Positions 27,091 to 39,192 of a stretch of 64,000 bases of DNA are shown piece after piece (positions within the stretch are counted from its first letter, which is position 1; every line of letters begins with the position of its first letter). The notes under the pieces were generated by a model. It was not told the DNA's origin and made no database searches. It saw only the letters and a program-made list of their open reading frames with translations. Source of the stretch: Daphnia carinata (taxonomy: Eukaryota); contig NC_081334.1 of NCBI RefSeq assembly GCF_022539665.2, positions 744,001-808,000 on the forward strand, given 5' to 3'. A program made the position numbers and the translations under genes.

Positions 27091-29025
27091 ATGAATCTTC
27101 ACGTTGCGCTCCTCTGTGTTTTCTTGGCATCAACGGTGGTAGGCAAACCACAAATTTCTTTTGGGGAGGAAGAAGAAGAAGGACTTGTCAATCCAGAAGG
27201 ACCAGCAGCTTCACAGGGTGCAGATGTCGACGATGAATTAATTCAAACCCGATTGGGCCTTCTTGCTGGTTACCTTAGTAAGTTGCCTTGTTTTTATTTA
27301 AATCATTTTCAAATGCCTAATCAAAGGATTGTACATTTTTCAGACCTGGAACCCGTGCCCGGTGCAGTACCTCTAGGCGAACAAAAGAAAGATCCCAGTT
27401 TGAAACCGAATCCTTACGTTCCCGAAGCAGATGCGACGTCTGAAAAACAGGCCGGCCGGTGCTTGTGCGTCCCTGTAGGAAAGTGTGCGAGCCCAGTTCC
27501 GAGTGTTCCACTTCCACCACCAGGATCAGGACCTCTACCTCCTCCGCCCATTCCTGGACATAACTTACCACCATCTCCTGTTCCTCAAACTAACGCACCT
27601 GTCAATACGGACGGTGCCGGCCTAATCGACGTTCGCATCGTTAACAGGGTAAAGCAATACACTTTAATTTTTTTTCCTCATTAATGAGGCATTTCACGTA
27701 CGGTAATTTTGGTTGTGATTTGTAGCCTCCTGCAGGTGTCCGGTGTCAAAATAATTTCCAGTATTGTTGCGCCGGAAACAATGCGTTCCCCGTGGCACCA
27801 CCAGTTCCGGTCCAAGGAGGTTGCGGCCGACCAAACATCATCCCAACTCCAGGCTACAATTTAGACGATACCCAGGTATGGTTTTTTATTTTTTCTTGAA
27901 TTAAATCTATCGAAAACAAGCTAACAAAATGCTATTCTTTGATTTGATGAACTGACAGGCGAGATTCGGTGAATTCCCATGGTAAGACAATTGAATAGTT
28001 TACAAATTGATCAAATGATTGGCATTCATTTGTTAACTCAGGATGGTTGTCATTTTGGGCCCGACCAATAACTACGTTGGAGGTGGTGTGTTGGTCAGTC
28101 CTCGGCACGTTGTGACCGCTGCACACAAAGTGGCTAACTTCGGGTAGGTGCAAATCGATGAATTAGATGTCATCATCTTTGCCATATATATATATTTTTT
28201 TCCCTCAAATAGAAATGGAGTTGGTCTTAAAGTTCGATTGGGCGAATGGGACGCTAAAGCTAATGTTGAGCCTCTGAAATACGTTGAGCTGGGCGTCAGC
28301 CGAGTCAAGGTGAATCCGTTTTTCAACCGGGCGAATTTGCAGAACGACATCGCCGTGTTGACGTTAGAATCACCAGTAAACTTGGCTTCAACTCCTCACA
28401 TCAATCCCGTCTGCCCAGCAAATTTCCAAGCAAACTACGTCGGTCGAAGGTATAAATGGTTTACAATCAAGCCATTGTCATTTATTTTTAATTCCTAACT
28501 TTATGTATCGAACCCCAGATGTTTGGTTGCCGGATGGGGCAAAGACGCATTTGGTCCACCAGGTAAATTATTTGGAATTGATTCGATTAAAATTTACGGC
28601 ATCAGGAATTTTCAATTTTATTTTTTACTCAGGCAATTTCCAATATATTTTGAAGAAAGTTGATGTCCCAGTTCTTGATTCCAACGATTGCGAACAACGT
28701 CTCCGACGGACTCGTCTTGGACCGTTCTTCCAGCTGAGCCGCTCCAGTTTCGTATGTGCAGGAGGTGAAGCTGGCAAAGATGCATGCACGGTAAGAATGA
28801 GCTCGTTACATAATAACCAAGCCAGATTTTATTTTACTAATTTTTTTGTATAATATTACACGACTATAGGGAGACGGTGGCTCCCCGCTCGTTTGCGACG
28901 TGAACGGAAGGTTTGAATTGGTAGGACTTGTGGCTTGGGGAATCGGATGCGCCGAACAAAGCTTACCGGGTGTCTACGTTAATGTACGAAGCTACGCTGA
29001 TTGGTTGAATTCCGAGCTCGTGTAA
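27091..29025 (+). CDS. Clip-domain serine protease homologue (masquerade/PPAF-II-like, non-catalytic)
   Basis: Signal peptide, clip-type cysteines (CLCVPVGKC ... DGAGLIDVRIVNR ... CQNNFQYCC) interrupted by a Pro-rich insert, then GEFPW, TAAH and NDIAVL. DACTGDGGSPLVC shows the catalytic Ser replaced by Gly. Stop TAA at 29023-29025. Confidence 0.9.
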
Positions 29026-29332
29026 ACCTCTGACATCGACAGCCGTTCACCTATACTTGTTATTTTGTCTTCACAATTTCTACGTACCCTCGTGGTTGGT
29101 CCTGCTTATTTTCGCTGTATCTTTCTCTTGAAAATGGGATAATATAATGTTTCTTTTCAAAAAAGTGTAGTTGCCTTACGATATGACTCGATGGGCTGTT
29201 TCGCAGCCATTTTTTTTAAAGTCTCACGATAGCTACTACTAGAAAGCTCCATAACTAACGGGTAAACTAATATTTTATTCGGCCTTCAAATTCGGCTATA
29301 GCAGGTTAGGTTTAATCGAATTCCACATCGAA

Positions 29333-29890
29333 TATTTTAAACCCAATTTGTTTGAAAAAGTGGGGCTGAAAATTTAAGCCCGAGAAAAATAACCCGACAA
29401 GATAAGCCCGAATTTTCCGCCCATTTTTTTCTTAAATATTCCTGTTTTTATTCATAATCTATATATGAAATATAACCAGGATTACGAAAATATACGTGGT
29501 TTTCTCATAGGATTTGTAGTTTTCGAGTTATTCAAATTTTAAATTGTTACGGTATGTTAATGTTCCATCATTTTCTCTTTTACTGCTACTAGTACACTCT
29601 GACGGTAATTTCGCACCTAAATTCAAATATTCAAAGGCGATATCTCGAAAATCGAATGCTTTATATGTATCGAAAATTTTAAGCCCAATTTGTTTACGAA
29701 AAAAAATAGAGTTGAAAATTTAAGCCCGACAAAATAAGCCCGACTTTTCCGCCATTTTTCTCCCCTAGATATAGCTGTTTTTTTTTTCATAATTTAGATA
29801 TGAAATATGACGAGGATTATGAAAATATACGACATTTTTCATAGGATTTGTAGTTTTTGAGTTATTCAAATTTTAAATTGTTATGGTAAT
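29333..29890 (+). repeat. ~340 bp tandem/direct repeat unit, copies 1 (29333-29646) and 2 (29676-29890, partial)
   Basis: Both contain attttaa(a/g)cccaatttgttt...aaaatttaagcccga...cataggatttgtagttt..gagttattcaaattttaaattgtta. A third copy is at 40913-41215. Confidence 0.85.
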
Positions 29891-31297
29891 ATTTATTTTT
29901 TTAATTTTTTGTTCGGTATCTAATTCGGCTATAGCAGGTTATATGGCAATCCATTTTACCCAAAAAAAAAAAAAATATCGCCCTTTTTCTGTTTCACTGC
30001 TATCGCCATCTACCGGTCAGTAGATAGTGACAGAAACCGAAACAAATGCCACCAAAAAGCAAAAAAATGCCAAAGGTGAGACATGCTGGAAAAGCTTGAT
30101 ACGAATGTGTAGGCGTAGTTTTGGAATTCCGAGGTGCTAGCCGGCTGTTTGGTAAAACTTCAGTTAAATTTGGTTTCAATTCAATATGTTTTACTTATTA
30201 TTTGTGCGATTACGCAAAGGATTGCGCCATCCAGGCAATGTGGATATTCTGCCATGTACATGATAAACCTAGGGTTCTTCGTCAACATGCAAGATGTTAC
30301 CCCCTGGTAATGCTTTTCCACTGAGTTTGTTTAGTTTTCTAGTTTTAATCGTCAATGTCGTATTAGCAAACTACTGTTGACAGAAAGGCTGATACATTGG
30401 GACAACAGTTATGGCAAGTGCGATGAATAAATCACCATAGATCAGTTGCCTTGCCTTCCCAATTGCAACAAAGATGAATCATGGAGTCAAAAACATTAAA
30501 AGGTGGTACTATTTTAATTGATATATCTCAAAGTGCTGATATATGTGTAGAACGTGCTGGAATTCATGTCATCCTGGAGAGGACTAAAAAAAAAAAAAGA
30601 GCTGTATCCATGAAGCAGCTCATTAGTCATGTCCCAAACAAATGCCTGCGTAGGCCAGCAATCTTTCAATGGCTAACCAGCATTTAATGGTTTTGAAAAT
30701 CGCGGTTTGCACTCCCTAAGGCGACATTCCTAAATCCCACCTGTCAAAAAATTTGAATGCAACAATTTTTATTCTGAACTGATGCCTACCAAATTCTTTT
30801 TCCATAAAATGAGGTGATATGAGGTCATAATGGAGATTGTTGTCAAGACTGCTGAGACCAGGTACATTGTTTACCTTAACGTTTAGTGATCAAAACAACC
30901 AACTTTGTGACCTTTCGGTTTTTTATGGTGCATGGCACGTCCAATCGGAAAGCCCATGGAAGATCTATGTGGCCAACACGAAGGGTTCTTCGTAAAAACT
31001 TTCGTATTCAAGTTTTGGCTATGGTGATCATTTGCAACTGTATGGCATTTTAGAAGCTCCTGCCAGGAATCTACAGGAATGTGGCAGATGATGAATTTAT
31101 GTACCATGTAAGCTATATAAAAAAAAATGTTTTATCTTATCTATATTTTCTTAATTTAGATTAATAGCAATAGTGAACCTGCGAAGGCTTCTGGTTGGGA
31201 TGTGATGACGAAAAAGTTATAATAATGTGAAGTACGGAATTGAATTTCCATCCATGGGTCGCCTGTGTATTCCCGCGTATTACGGTATTAATTATTT

Positions 31298-31705
31298 AAA
31301 AATTGAAGTGCATATCTGGGCTCCCTTCTTTTCTGTAGCCCCGTTTCCCCTTGACTCATAATAAGCCCGTAGGGGGTCATGCCCCTACCGTACGGATGTA
31401 TAAAAACAACATATACCGAGGTTTGGAGGGTTCTGACCGGAAAGGGGACGTGGAGGTCCTCATAGTTCGATGATGTGTTCACGGAGGGCTATGTCGCTAC
31501 CCACAAATCCGAATTAAAGGTTAATCGCTCCTGTAAAAATGTTCCATTTCTTCGGCTCTTCTTCCGGCTTCTCTTAGCCAAGCACCGGGTGTGTCAACCA
31601 AGGCAGTGTCTCCCCCCTGCCTTGGTTGGCGGCAACTTTTGAAAGGGTTGTTTTGCCTTTCGAAAGCTGCAAATTCTTCTGTTTGTGCAGAGTAATGTCA
31701 ATACA
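31298..31705 (-). repeat. Multi-hairpin conserved module, copy 1
   Basis: Reverse complement of the module at 38708-39130. Confidence 0.85.
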
Positions 31706-33753
31706 TTTTTTTTTTTATTTTCGTAATCACCTCTTGTGCAACACGCAAGATTGCCACCTTGTCTGACACGTGCAAGCATTTGGCGGATACGCATGTCGAA
31801 AAACAAGAACACCAAGAACCAAGATCGATACAGGTGGTTGATATAATTTATACAATTTATTTCTGTACAATAAGGCCCAGGCCTATCTCTTTGTGCAGCA
31901 GGGGTTTCTTGGGAGCTGTGCTGAATCGGATGGTTCCCGCCGATGCTGCTGCTACTGCTGACATTACAACCTCGATTGCACCAAGATGTCGAAGGATTCC
32001 TTCTTCCCAGATGATTGGAATCTATCGTAAATGCTGAAGCTCCCATTGTTTGCCTTAAGGGAAGCCTTATGAACCTTTGCTTAAAGTAAGGCGATCTGAA
32101 TGCAGTCGTAATACAGTACGTACATGAAGTTGTATCGCAAGTCAAATGTATGGCGAAAAATTTCGATCCTGTTTCAGTTTAAGCCGAAGAACAATAATGG
32201 AACTTTACTTTCTAGTCTTCTCCGACAGACAGTCGTGTTACAAATCTACACTACGTATTACTGGAGGAATAGCTAAGTTTTTGAAAAATAATAAAATAAA
32301 AAATGGGAAAAGTCGGGCTTATTTTGTTGGGCTTATTTTAAAAGCTGGCCGAACATAATTTCCAGCGGACGGCGCTGCAAGTTCACCAGCCTCTAGCGGC
32401 TGAAATCAAAACTATTTTTTTGACATGTGATTCTCATTGTTTACTTTGTTGTTACGTTGAAAGCGTGTATTTTAGTTTACTTCGTCGGAATAGCTTGTTG
32501 TTTTTACCTCCACCCCTATTATTGATGTGCAAATATTACGCTGCTTCGTTACCAACACAAAATGTAAGCTATTGGGCATAGAACAAGGTAATATTAACGT
32601 ACTTTTGGAAAACCAGGTCTCATGTTGTATCATTTTGGATAAAGCCATTGTTGCAAGCGTGGTATCATTCATTTCTCAATGCAACAAAATATTCACAGTC
32701 TTTAACAGAAGATTTTTTTTATTGAAATAACCATTCAAGAAATTCTAACAAGATGTGCTATTTGCTATCAATATTCCGCATTTTTTCTGGTCATAACCGT
32801 ATCTGTTCCACTATCACCTTAATTCTGATGGCTATCAAATTAAGGGGAAGGTTTTGAAACATTTGCTTCGATTATTATGTGTGTGGTAGTGCTGTGAAGT
32901 GGTATACAGGTCGTACCTGAAAACTGAACTTTAAGAAGTTTGAAAGGCCATATTATGCTCATTTACTGTAGTTTACGATTGAAACTATGCAGGTCTTGTG
33001 AACCTTGTAAAGGAGAACATAGTTCATTTTTTTAATTTTCGAAATTTTAACTTTCGGTATAACTTCCGGTTTTAAAATGCTTAATAACTCATTTTCTGTT
33101 GGTCTGAATGAAAAAAGAACCACGTTTCCGTAATCCTCGTGAAATTTGGGATTGAATCCATGTGTCAGTAGAAAATACCCGAAAATCGTCAAAAATCGCA
33201 AATTTCCCTGAACTATAGTTCAGGAAAAATCGCGATTTTGGCCAAATTGGACTTTTCGCCAAAAACAGATTAAAATAGGTCAGACACACCTTAAATTTCA
33301 CGAGAATCACGAAAATCATATTTGTTTTGTTGTGGGCCCAGTATTTCTGGAGATATAGGCTACTTCCGGTCACTTCCGGTATTTTTTTTCCAACTTGGCA
33401 AAAAGTAAAAAATGAACATTAATATGCGAAACATTTTAAGCATTTTGATCATAAATGAAAGGGGGTGGTGGCTTTTTTCGTGTTTGTTTTGCTATTTCAC
33501 TATTGGTTGATCGCGCGAGTTGCATATACTTATAACACTACTTCGTTAACAGAGACTACTAGCATTATGTATCACACTAATGGGAAGGTATACCTGATAA
33601 GTATAGATCATAGCATGAAGATATACCTCGTGCTATTATTATAACCTTATCATGCACGGCCATCTGATGTACAGTCAGGTTTAAAAATAAGCCCGACTTT
33701 TTCTTATTTTACGTTACGCTGTATCGTACTGGCACGTTACGGGTTACTGCGGA

Positions 33754-33825
33754 ATACTAATAGCTCTGAGGTAGAGCGTCTGACTACGGGAATCGAAAAT
33801 CAAGAGTTCGAATCACGTCTGGATC
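33754..33825 (+). pseudogene. tRNA-like sequence (type 1; resembles tRNA-Arg ACG in the anticodon arm)
   Basis: A box TAGCTCTGAGGTAGAGC, then GCGTCTGACTACGG, then B box GAGTTCGAATC. Acceptor stem is poor. Confidence 0.6.
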
Positions 33826-34020
33826 ATCTGTGCCAGAATTGAGTTACGGTTCCCCCTGTAGACAATATTTCTTTGTACAAAAAATGAATCACTCTATTGT
33901 ATTTATAGGTGACATTCCGAGACGGAAATATTAAATTGCATTGGGACGCACAACAATATTATTACATGTGCAAATAGGTTTCCTTCAAAAGACATGGAAA
34001 AATAGTTATCTAATTTACGA

Positions 34021-34090
34021 GACTTATGGCTCAATGGTTGAGCATCGGCGTCGCACGCCAGAAAATAAAGGTTCAATTCCCTAAATAGTC
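34021..34090 (+). pseudogene. tRNA-like sequence (type 2)
   Basis: A box TGGCTCAATGGTTGAGC, stem GGCGT-cgc-ACGCC, B box GGTTCAATTCC, partial acceptor pairing GACT/AGTC. Confidence 0.6.
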
Positions 34091-34410
34091 AAAATGAAAT
34101 TAAATAAGTATACATAACTCAAAATGTCAAACAAAATGCATGTATACTATTCAATAACATATGCACTAAAAGTTATAGAATCTTCATGAAGTGAGGTTAA
34201 AGTGCATTGGTCCATAAACAATATATGACCATCGTATAACAACGTAATATTCGGTTATGATTTCGAACAGAAAAATTGAAAATATAACGTGTATGTCAAT
34301 GAAATGAAATTGCGACATAAATAGGGAAATGTTCACAATGGTGAAAAATGCAGAGCAATACTACAGCAGTAGAAAAGACAAGTTCTGTAAATTTTTATTT
34401 TTTAAGAATT

Positions 34411-34810
34411 TGTATTGACAATACTCTGCACAATTTAATGACTTGCAACTTTGAAAGGGCAAAATAGCCGATTTCAAAGTTGCTGTCAACCAAGGTAGGG
34501 GGAGACACTACCTCAGTTGACTCACCGGGGAGATTACCCGGTGCGTGGCTAAGAGAAGCCGGAAGAAGAGCGAAGGTTTCGGACAAGCTTTTACGTGAGC
34601 GATTAACTGTTAATTCGGATTTTTGGGTAGCCCCATAGCCCTCCAATGATATCATCGGACCATGAGGACCCCCACGTCCCCTTTCCAGACAGCGCACTCA
34701 CAACCTTTGCTGCTGATCACACTAGGGGCATGACCCCCTACGGGCTTATTACAAATCAAAGGGAAACAGGGCCACAGAAAAGAAGGGAGCCCAGATATGC
34801 ACTTCAATTT
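34411..34810 (+). repeat. Multi-hairpin conserved module, copy 2 (most diverged)
   Basis: Shares CACCGGGGAGATTACCCGGTG, TAGGGGCATGACCCCCTACGGGCTTATTA and GAAAAGAAGGGAGCCCAGATATGCACTTCAATTT with the other copies. Confidence 0.85.
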
Positions 34811-35985
34811 ATATAACTTTTAATACTTTGTTTTCGGGCCGCAGCAACGACTGAAGGTAATGGGCAGGAAGCATTTTTCAAAAATTCCTTCGGGCTTCCA
34901 ACCGTTATCATTATGAAATTTGGTTTGACTAGATACCTCTTTTGATTCAGTATGATTCTTAACCTATTTAAAGAAAACGAAACATGAATCAATTTTTAAA
35001 CGTTTGCCTATCAATATATATTCAATAAGGATCGGTGCAATCCTTCTTTACCTCTTGTTTTGGTGAACTACTGGTATTAATTGTATTCAGCTAATGGTTT
35101 GGCAGACATAGTGCTTGCTTGGATGGTAAGTTGACGGGCAGCGAAGAAACTAATCATTAAGCGACTACCAATTTTCTAATACCTATGCAAATTACACAAT
35201 AAACGGCATTTTAATTAGTTGTAATCATGGGTTTCCAGGCACAAAAAAAGAGACAGACTTATTGGATGAGACGGTTCAAAACGTTCAAACTTCTTTCAGG
35301 ACCCCTGCATCAGAATGACAGACTGAGGAGTTCGGAAGTCGCGAACTGAGATAGCCAATTTCAGTAATATCCTTGATCACTTTCATACTAGGCATGTAAT
35401 CTGAATTTGCTGTACAATGAAACAAAGCAGTGAAATAATTCTGTATAAAAAATTTACAAAATTGCATTTTGTTACACCTATTTGACTTTGGCTTGTCACA
35501 GGGCATGACAAGCAATACATCTTCGATATAAACTGAAGCAGTCTGATTCAAGAATGCTTCTGTTGTCTAAACACACTGCATAGTGACTGATGGAGCAGCA
35601 GAAAATAAGGATGTAGATTAACTGATTTTCCAGAAATAAGTACTTTTGATGTTTGGAATTCTGACTCAACTGTTTTTGCTGTTCACATTTTTCAAAATGT
35701 TGAGCATTTACTTAAGGCCACCATAGCACAGAATTTTTTCCAGTTTTGCAAACATATATATATATATATATATATATATGGCAATCCGTTTTACATGAAA
35801 AAAAAAAAATGGCGGAAAAAAAAAAAAAATCGCACTTTTTTCTCTTTTTTCTACCCGTAGCCATCGGTAGCAGTCGGTTTCGTTATTACAGGCATGTAAG
35901 CAATTTGAGTTAATTGTATCCCATTAGCAGTTAATTGAGTAGCGTGGCTGGAGAACAACGCGTGGATGGAGGAACAATTGAAAAA

Positions 35986-37376
35986 TGGATAAGATAATAA
36001 AACAAAAAAATGGTAAGTATAAACATTATTATATTGGTTTTCAATTATTAATTATTGCTTATTAGATCAAATTATGAAGCTGCAGGCCCAGTTATTGGAA
36101 CAACACAAAATATTAGATAACAAAGCTAAGGATCGTAGGCCTAACACGTAATGATTCTATTTATTTGCTTTTATTCATTCGTGTTTTGTAGCTCAAATTT
36201 TGAGTCTTCAAGCTCAGCTAGGGGAAAAGAACAGATTGGAACGGAACAGTTTCCAAACAGTGAAGGAGGTTTTTCAAAACTCATCTGTAACTGAACGTGA
36301 GGATGAGTTGGCATTAGGCGAACACAGCCAGGTACCTAAAGTTTTCAAATAAGAATTCAAAATAAGTATAGAATTTTAAAAAACAGTTATTTATTGCTTA
36401 GTTATTCAGTCCACCACATGACAGTGTGTTAAAATTTAAATTCTGTTAGTGCTGCACTAAAGGAATCGTTAGTAATAAGCTGATGCAGTGAAGGAACTGA
36501 ACAATTGTGGGAACGTATTTGGGCCCAAAATGGGTGTGGTACAGAAACCCAGAAATGGCACGAGTTCAACATGAAACATGGATTAGGTACTTTTCGGTTT
36601 TTTGTCTATCGAAAAAGTATTTTTAATGCTATTATTTTGCATTCACAGATTTTAACGGGGGATCAAATCAAGTCTGGAAGTGTTACAGAATGGAAGAGTG
36701 AGCCTACAGATGAAAAAACAATGAGAGTGCATTACCGTAAGGTGTGAGGTAAATTAATAGAGTAATGCAAATTGCCTAATGAGAAGTACCATCTTGTGTT
36801 AATGAATCCAGTACAACAGCAATCCTTTATAGTTCTGTCACAGCTAGAAGCCTCAAATAATTCTGCTTCTCTGTCTAAAGAACAACTTGTCCTTTACGTT
36901 CAGAGTGTTGGGGAAACTGGGTACTTAAATGGCCCTAAAGATGTTTTAATTTTGCTGCTATTGCAGAGATGAACATCATACATGGACTCTTTAGGTATGA
37001 AAGGATTTTTCTTCAAATAATTTTGAATTTATGACGAAGAATTTCTCCTCCTTTTTGCCAACCAGGTCTTATCTACCAAAAAAATTTTATCCAATAGGAA
37101 AGGATTTTCATGTACTGGGAACACAACTATCAACAATGCAACATTCTACAGGTGCTAGTTTATCAATCAAGAGCCTTATACAATGAAGTAATCTGCAATT
37201 TGAATGTCCTTTCCCAAGCTTCCACCAGAAGTTGAATCTATGAGTCATGTAAGTTCCATGATCAACAATTGATGTGTTTAACGGTGTTGTTTTTCTTTTC
37301 TCAATATAGGTTAATAGTAACATTGGATCTGAAAAGATTCTTGGTTGGGGCAAGACACTGAATAAATTGTATTGAT
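35986..37376 (+). pseudogene. Decayed multi-exon gene in the left arm of the palindrome (unknown product)
   Basis: Short GT-AG introns join MDKIIKQKN-DQIMKLQAQLLEQHKILDNKAKD-PQILSLQAQLGEKNRLERNSF...GEHSQ-LFSPP.... A frameshift and a TGA occur in exon 4. The last exon reads VNSNIGSEKILGWGKTLNKLY*. Confidence 0.6.
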
Positions 37377-37437
37377 TGGATGGATGACATGACATTGCTA
37401 TACTTAATTCGGATTCCCCAGACGGTATTTGATATTT

Positions 37438-37860
37438 AAAAAATTGAAGTGCATATCTGGGCTCCCTTCTTTTCTGAAGCCCCGTTTCCCCTTGACTCGT
37501 AATAAGCCCGTAGGGGGTCATGCCCCTACTGTACGGTATATATAAAAATAACATATACCGAGGTTTGGAGGGCTCTGGCCGGAAAGGGGACGTGGGGTGC
37601 CGCTTCGTCCGATGATGTGTTCACGGAGGGTGACGTGGCTGCCCACAAATCCGAACTAAAGGTTAATCGCTCCTGTAAAAATGTTCCAAATCTTCAGCTC
37701 TTCTTCCGGCTTCTCTTAGCCAATCACCGGGTAATCTCCCCGGTGGGTCAACAAGGCAGTGTCTCCCCCTGCCTGGGTTGACGGCAACTTTTGAAAGGGC
37801 TATTGTGCCTTTTTAAAGTTGCAAAAATAATTGTAATGTGCAGAGAATTGTCAATAAATT
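37438..37860 (-). repeat. Multi-hairpin conserved module, copy 3
   Basis: Reverse complement of copy 4. Confidence 0.85.
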
Positions 37861-38024
37861 TTTTTTTATAAAATGTTTTTTGCAAAATTTGTTACTTTAA
37901 TTGTCTGTGTTCACACATTTATCAACTTTTTTATATTTAGCTTGCTCAATTCATGTTTATTGTTTATTCCACCTTTGATGGTAAGCATTGTTTCCATTGG
38001 TTTATCGTTTATCTGTAAGCATTC

Positions 38025-38097
38025 AATTATAATCCAGGGATCGAACTCTGGATGTTCGGTATACCGCGCCGATGCTCTACCAATGAGCCATGAATCA
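38025..38097 (-). pseudogene. tRNA-like sequence (type 2)
   Basis: Minus strand reads TGGCTCATTGGTAGAGCATCGGCG...CCGAACATCCAGAGTTCGATCCCTGG (A and B boxes, T-arm). Confidence 0.6.
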
Positions 38098-38209
38098 TAT
38101 GATGTCAATTTGGCTTTTTTCTAGTCAATTGCGGACTTGCATTTAAACTTTGTATAAAACTGAAATGCAATACTGCAATATTCTTTTCTACATTTAGATA
38201 TAGATCTTT

Positions 38210-38282
38210 ATACATCTACTAAGGTTTGAACCCAGGGTAACAGTTATCGCAGCTGAATGCTCTACCACAGAGCTATGGACCT
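38210..38282 (-). pseudogene. tRNA-like sequence (type 1)
   Basis: Minus strand reads GGTCCATAGCTCTGTGGTAGAGCATTCAGCTGCGATAACTG...GGGTTCAAACC. Confidence 0.6.
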
Positions 38283-38378
38283 TATGAAAGCAATAGAAAG
38301 ATAAACATATAGTTGTGAAAGACTGCATAAACATCCTAGACGACAACATATGATATGCGACAATAAAAAATTTATATA

Positions 38379-38450
38379 TATCTCGTGGCTCAATGTTAGA
38401 GCATCGGCGTTGCACGCTGAATGTCTGGGGAGCGATTCCCATACCAGTAA
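38379..38450 (+). pseudogene. tRNA-like sequence (type 2)
   Basis: TGGCTCAATGTTAGAGCATCGGCGTTGCACGCTGA...GGGAGCGATTCCC, with a degenerate B box. Confidence 0.55.
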
Positions 38451-38707
38451 AACAATATACAAATACAAAATTACTTCAGAAAATATCCAGGTATTACACG
38501 TTGTTCCTTGTCTAAGTTCAAGAATTCAAAACGTGTAATAAATAATAATTGAATACTTACAGATAAACGATACAACGGTGGCAAAAACAATAAAGATGAA
38601 TTGAGCAAGCTAAATAAAAAAAAAGTTGATAAATGTAATGTGTGAACAAAGCGAACACAGACAATGAAAGAAACAAATTTTGCAAAAAACATTTTATAAA
38701 AAAAAAA

Positions 38708-39130
38708 TTTATTGACAATTCTCTGCACATTACAATTATTTTTGCAACTTTCGAAAGGCAAAACAACCCTTTCAAAAGTTGCCGCCAACCAAGGCAGGGG
38801 GGGGGACACTGCATTGGTTGACCCACCGGGGAGATTACCCGGTGCTTGGCTAAGAGAAGCCGGAAGAAGAGCCGAAGAAATGGAACATTTTTACAGGAGC
38901 GATTAACCTTTAATTCGGATTTGTGGGTAGCCACACAGCCCTCCATGAACACTTCATCGAACCATGCGGACCCCCACGTCCCCTTTCCGGCCAGAGCCCT
39001 CCAAACCTCGGTATATGTTGTTTTTATATATACCGTACAGTAGGGGCATGACCCCCTACGGGCTTATTATGAGTCAAGGGGAAACGGGGCTACAGAAAAG
39101 AAGGGAGCCCAGATATGCACTTCAATTTTT
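38708..39130 (+). repeat. Multi-hairpin conserved module, copy 4
   Basis: Contains consecutive stems: GCAACTTT..AAAGTTGC, CAACCAAGGCAG..CTGCATTGGTTG, CACCGGG..CCCGGTG, CGGTATAT..ATATACCG and GTAGGGG..CCCCTAC. Confidence 0.85.
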
Positions 39131-39192
39131 TAAATATCAAATACCGTCTAGGGAATCCGAATTAAGTATAGAAATGTCATGTCATCCATCCA

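Noticed and set aside
31594..32145. 183-aa minus-strand ORF inside the outer element
   Set aside because: No recognisable transposase or other motif. It crosses a poly-T tract and the module edge.
33754..38450. Calling the tRNA-like cassettes functional tRNA genes
   Set aside because: Acceptor stems and anticodon loops are degenerate and differ between copies.
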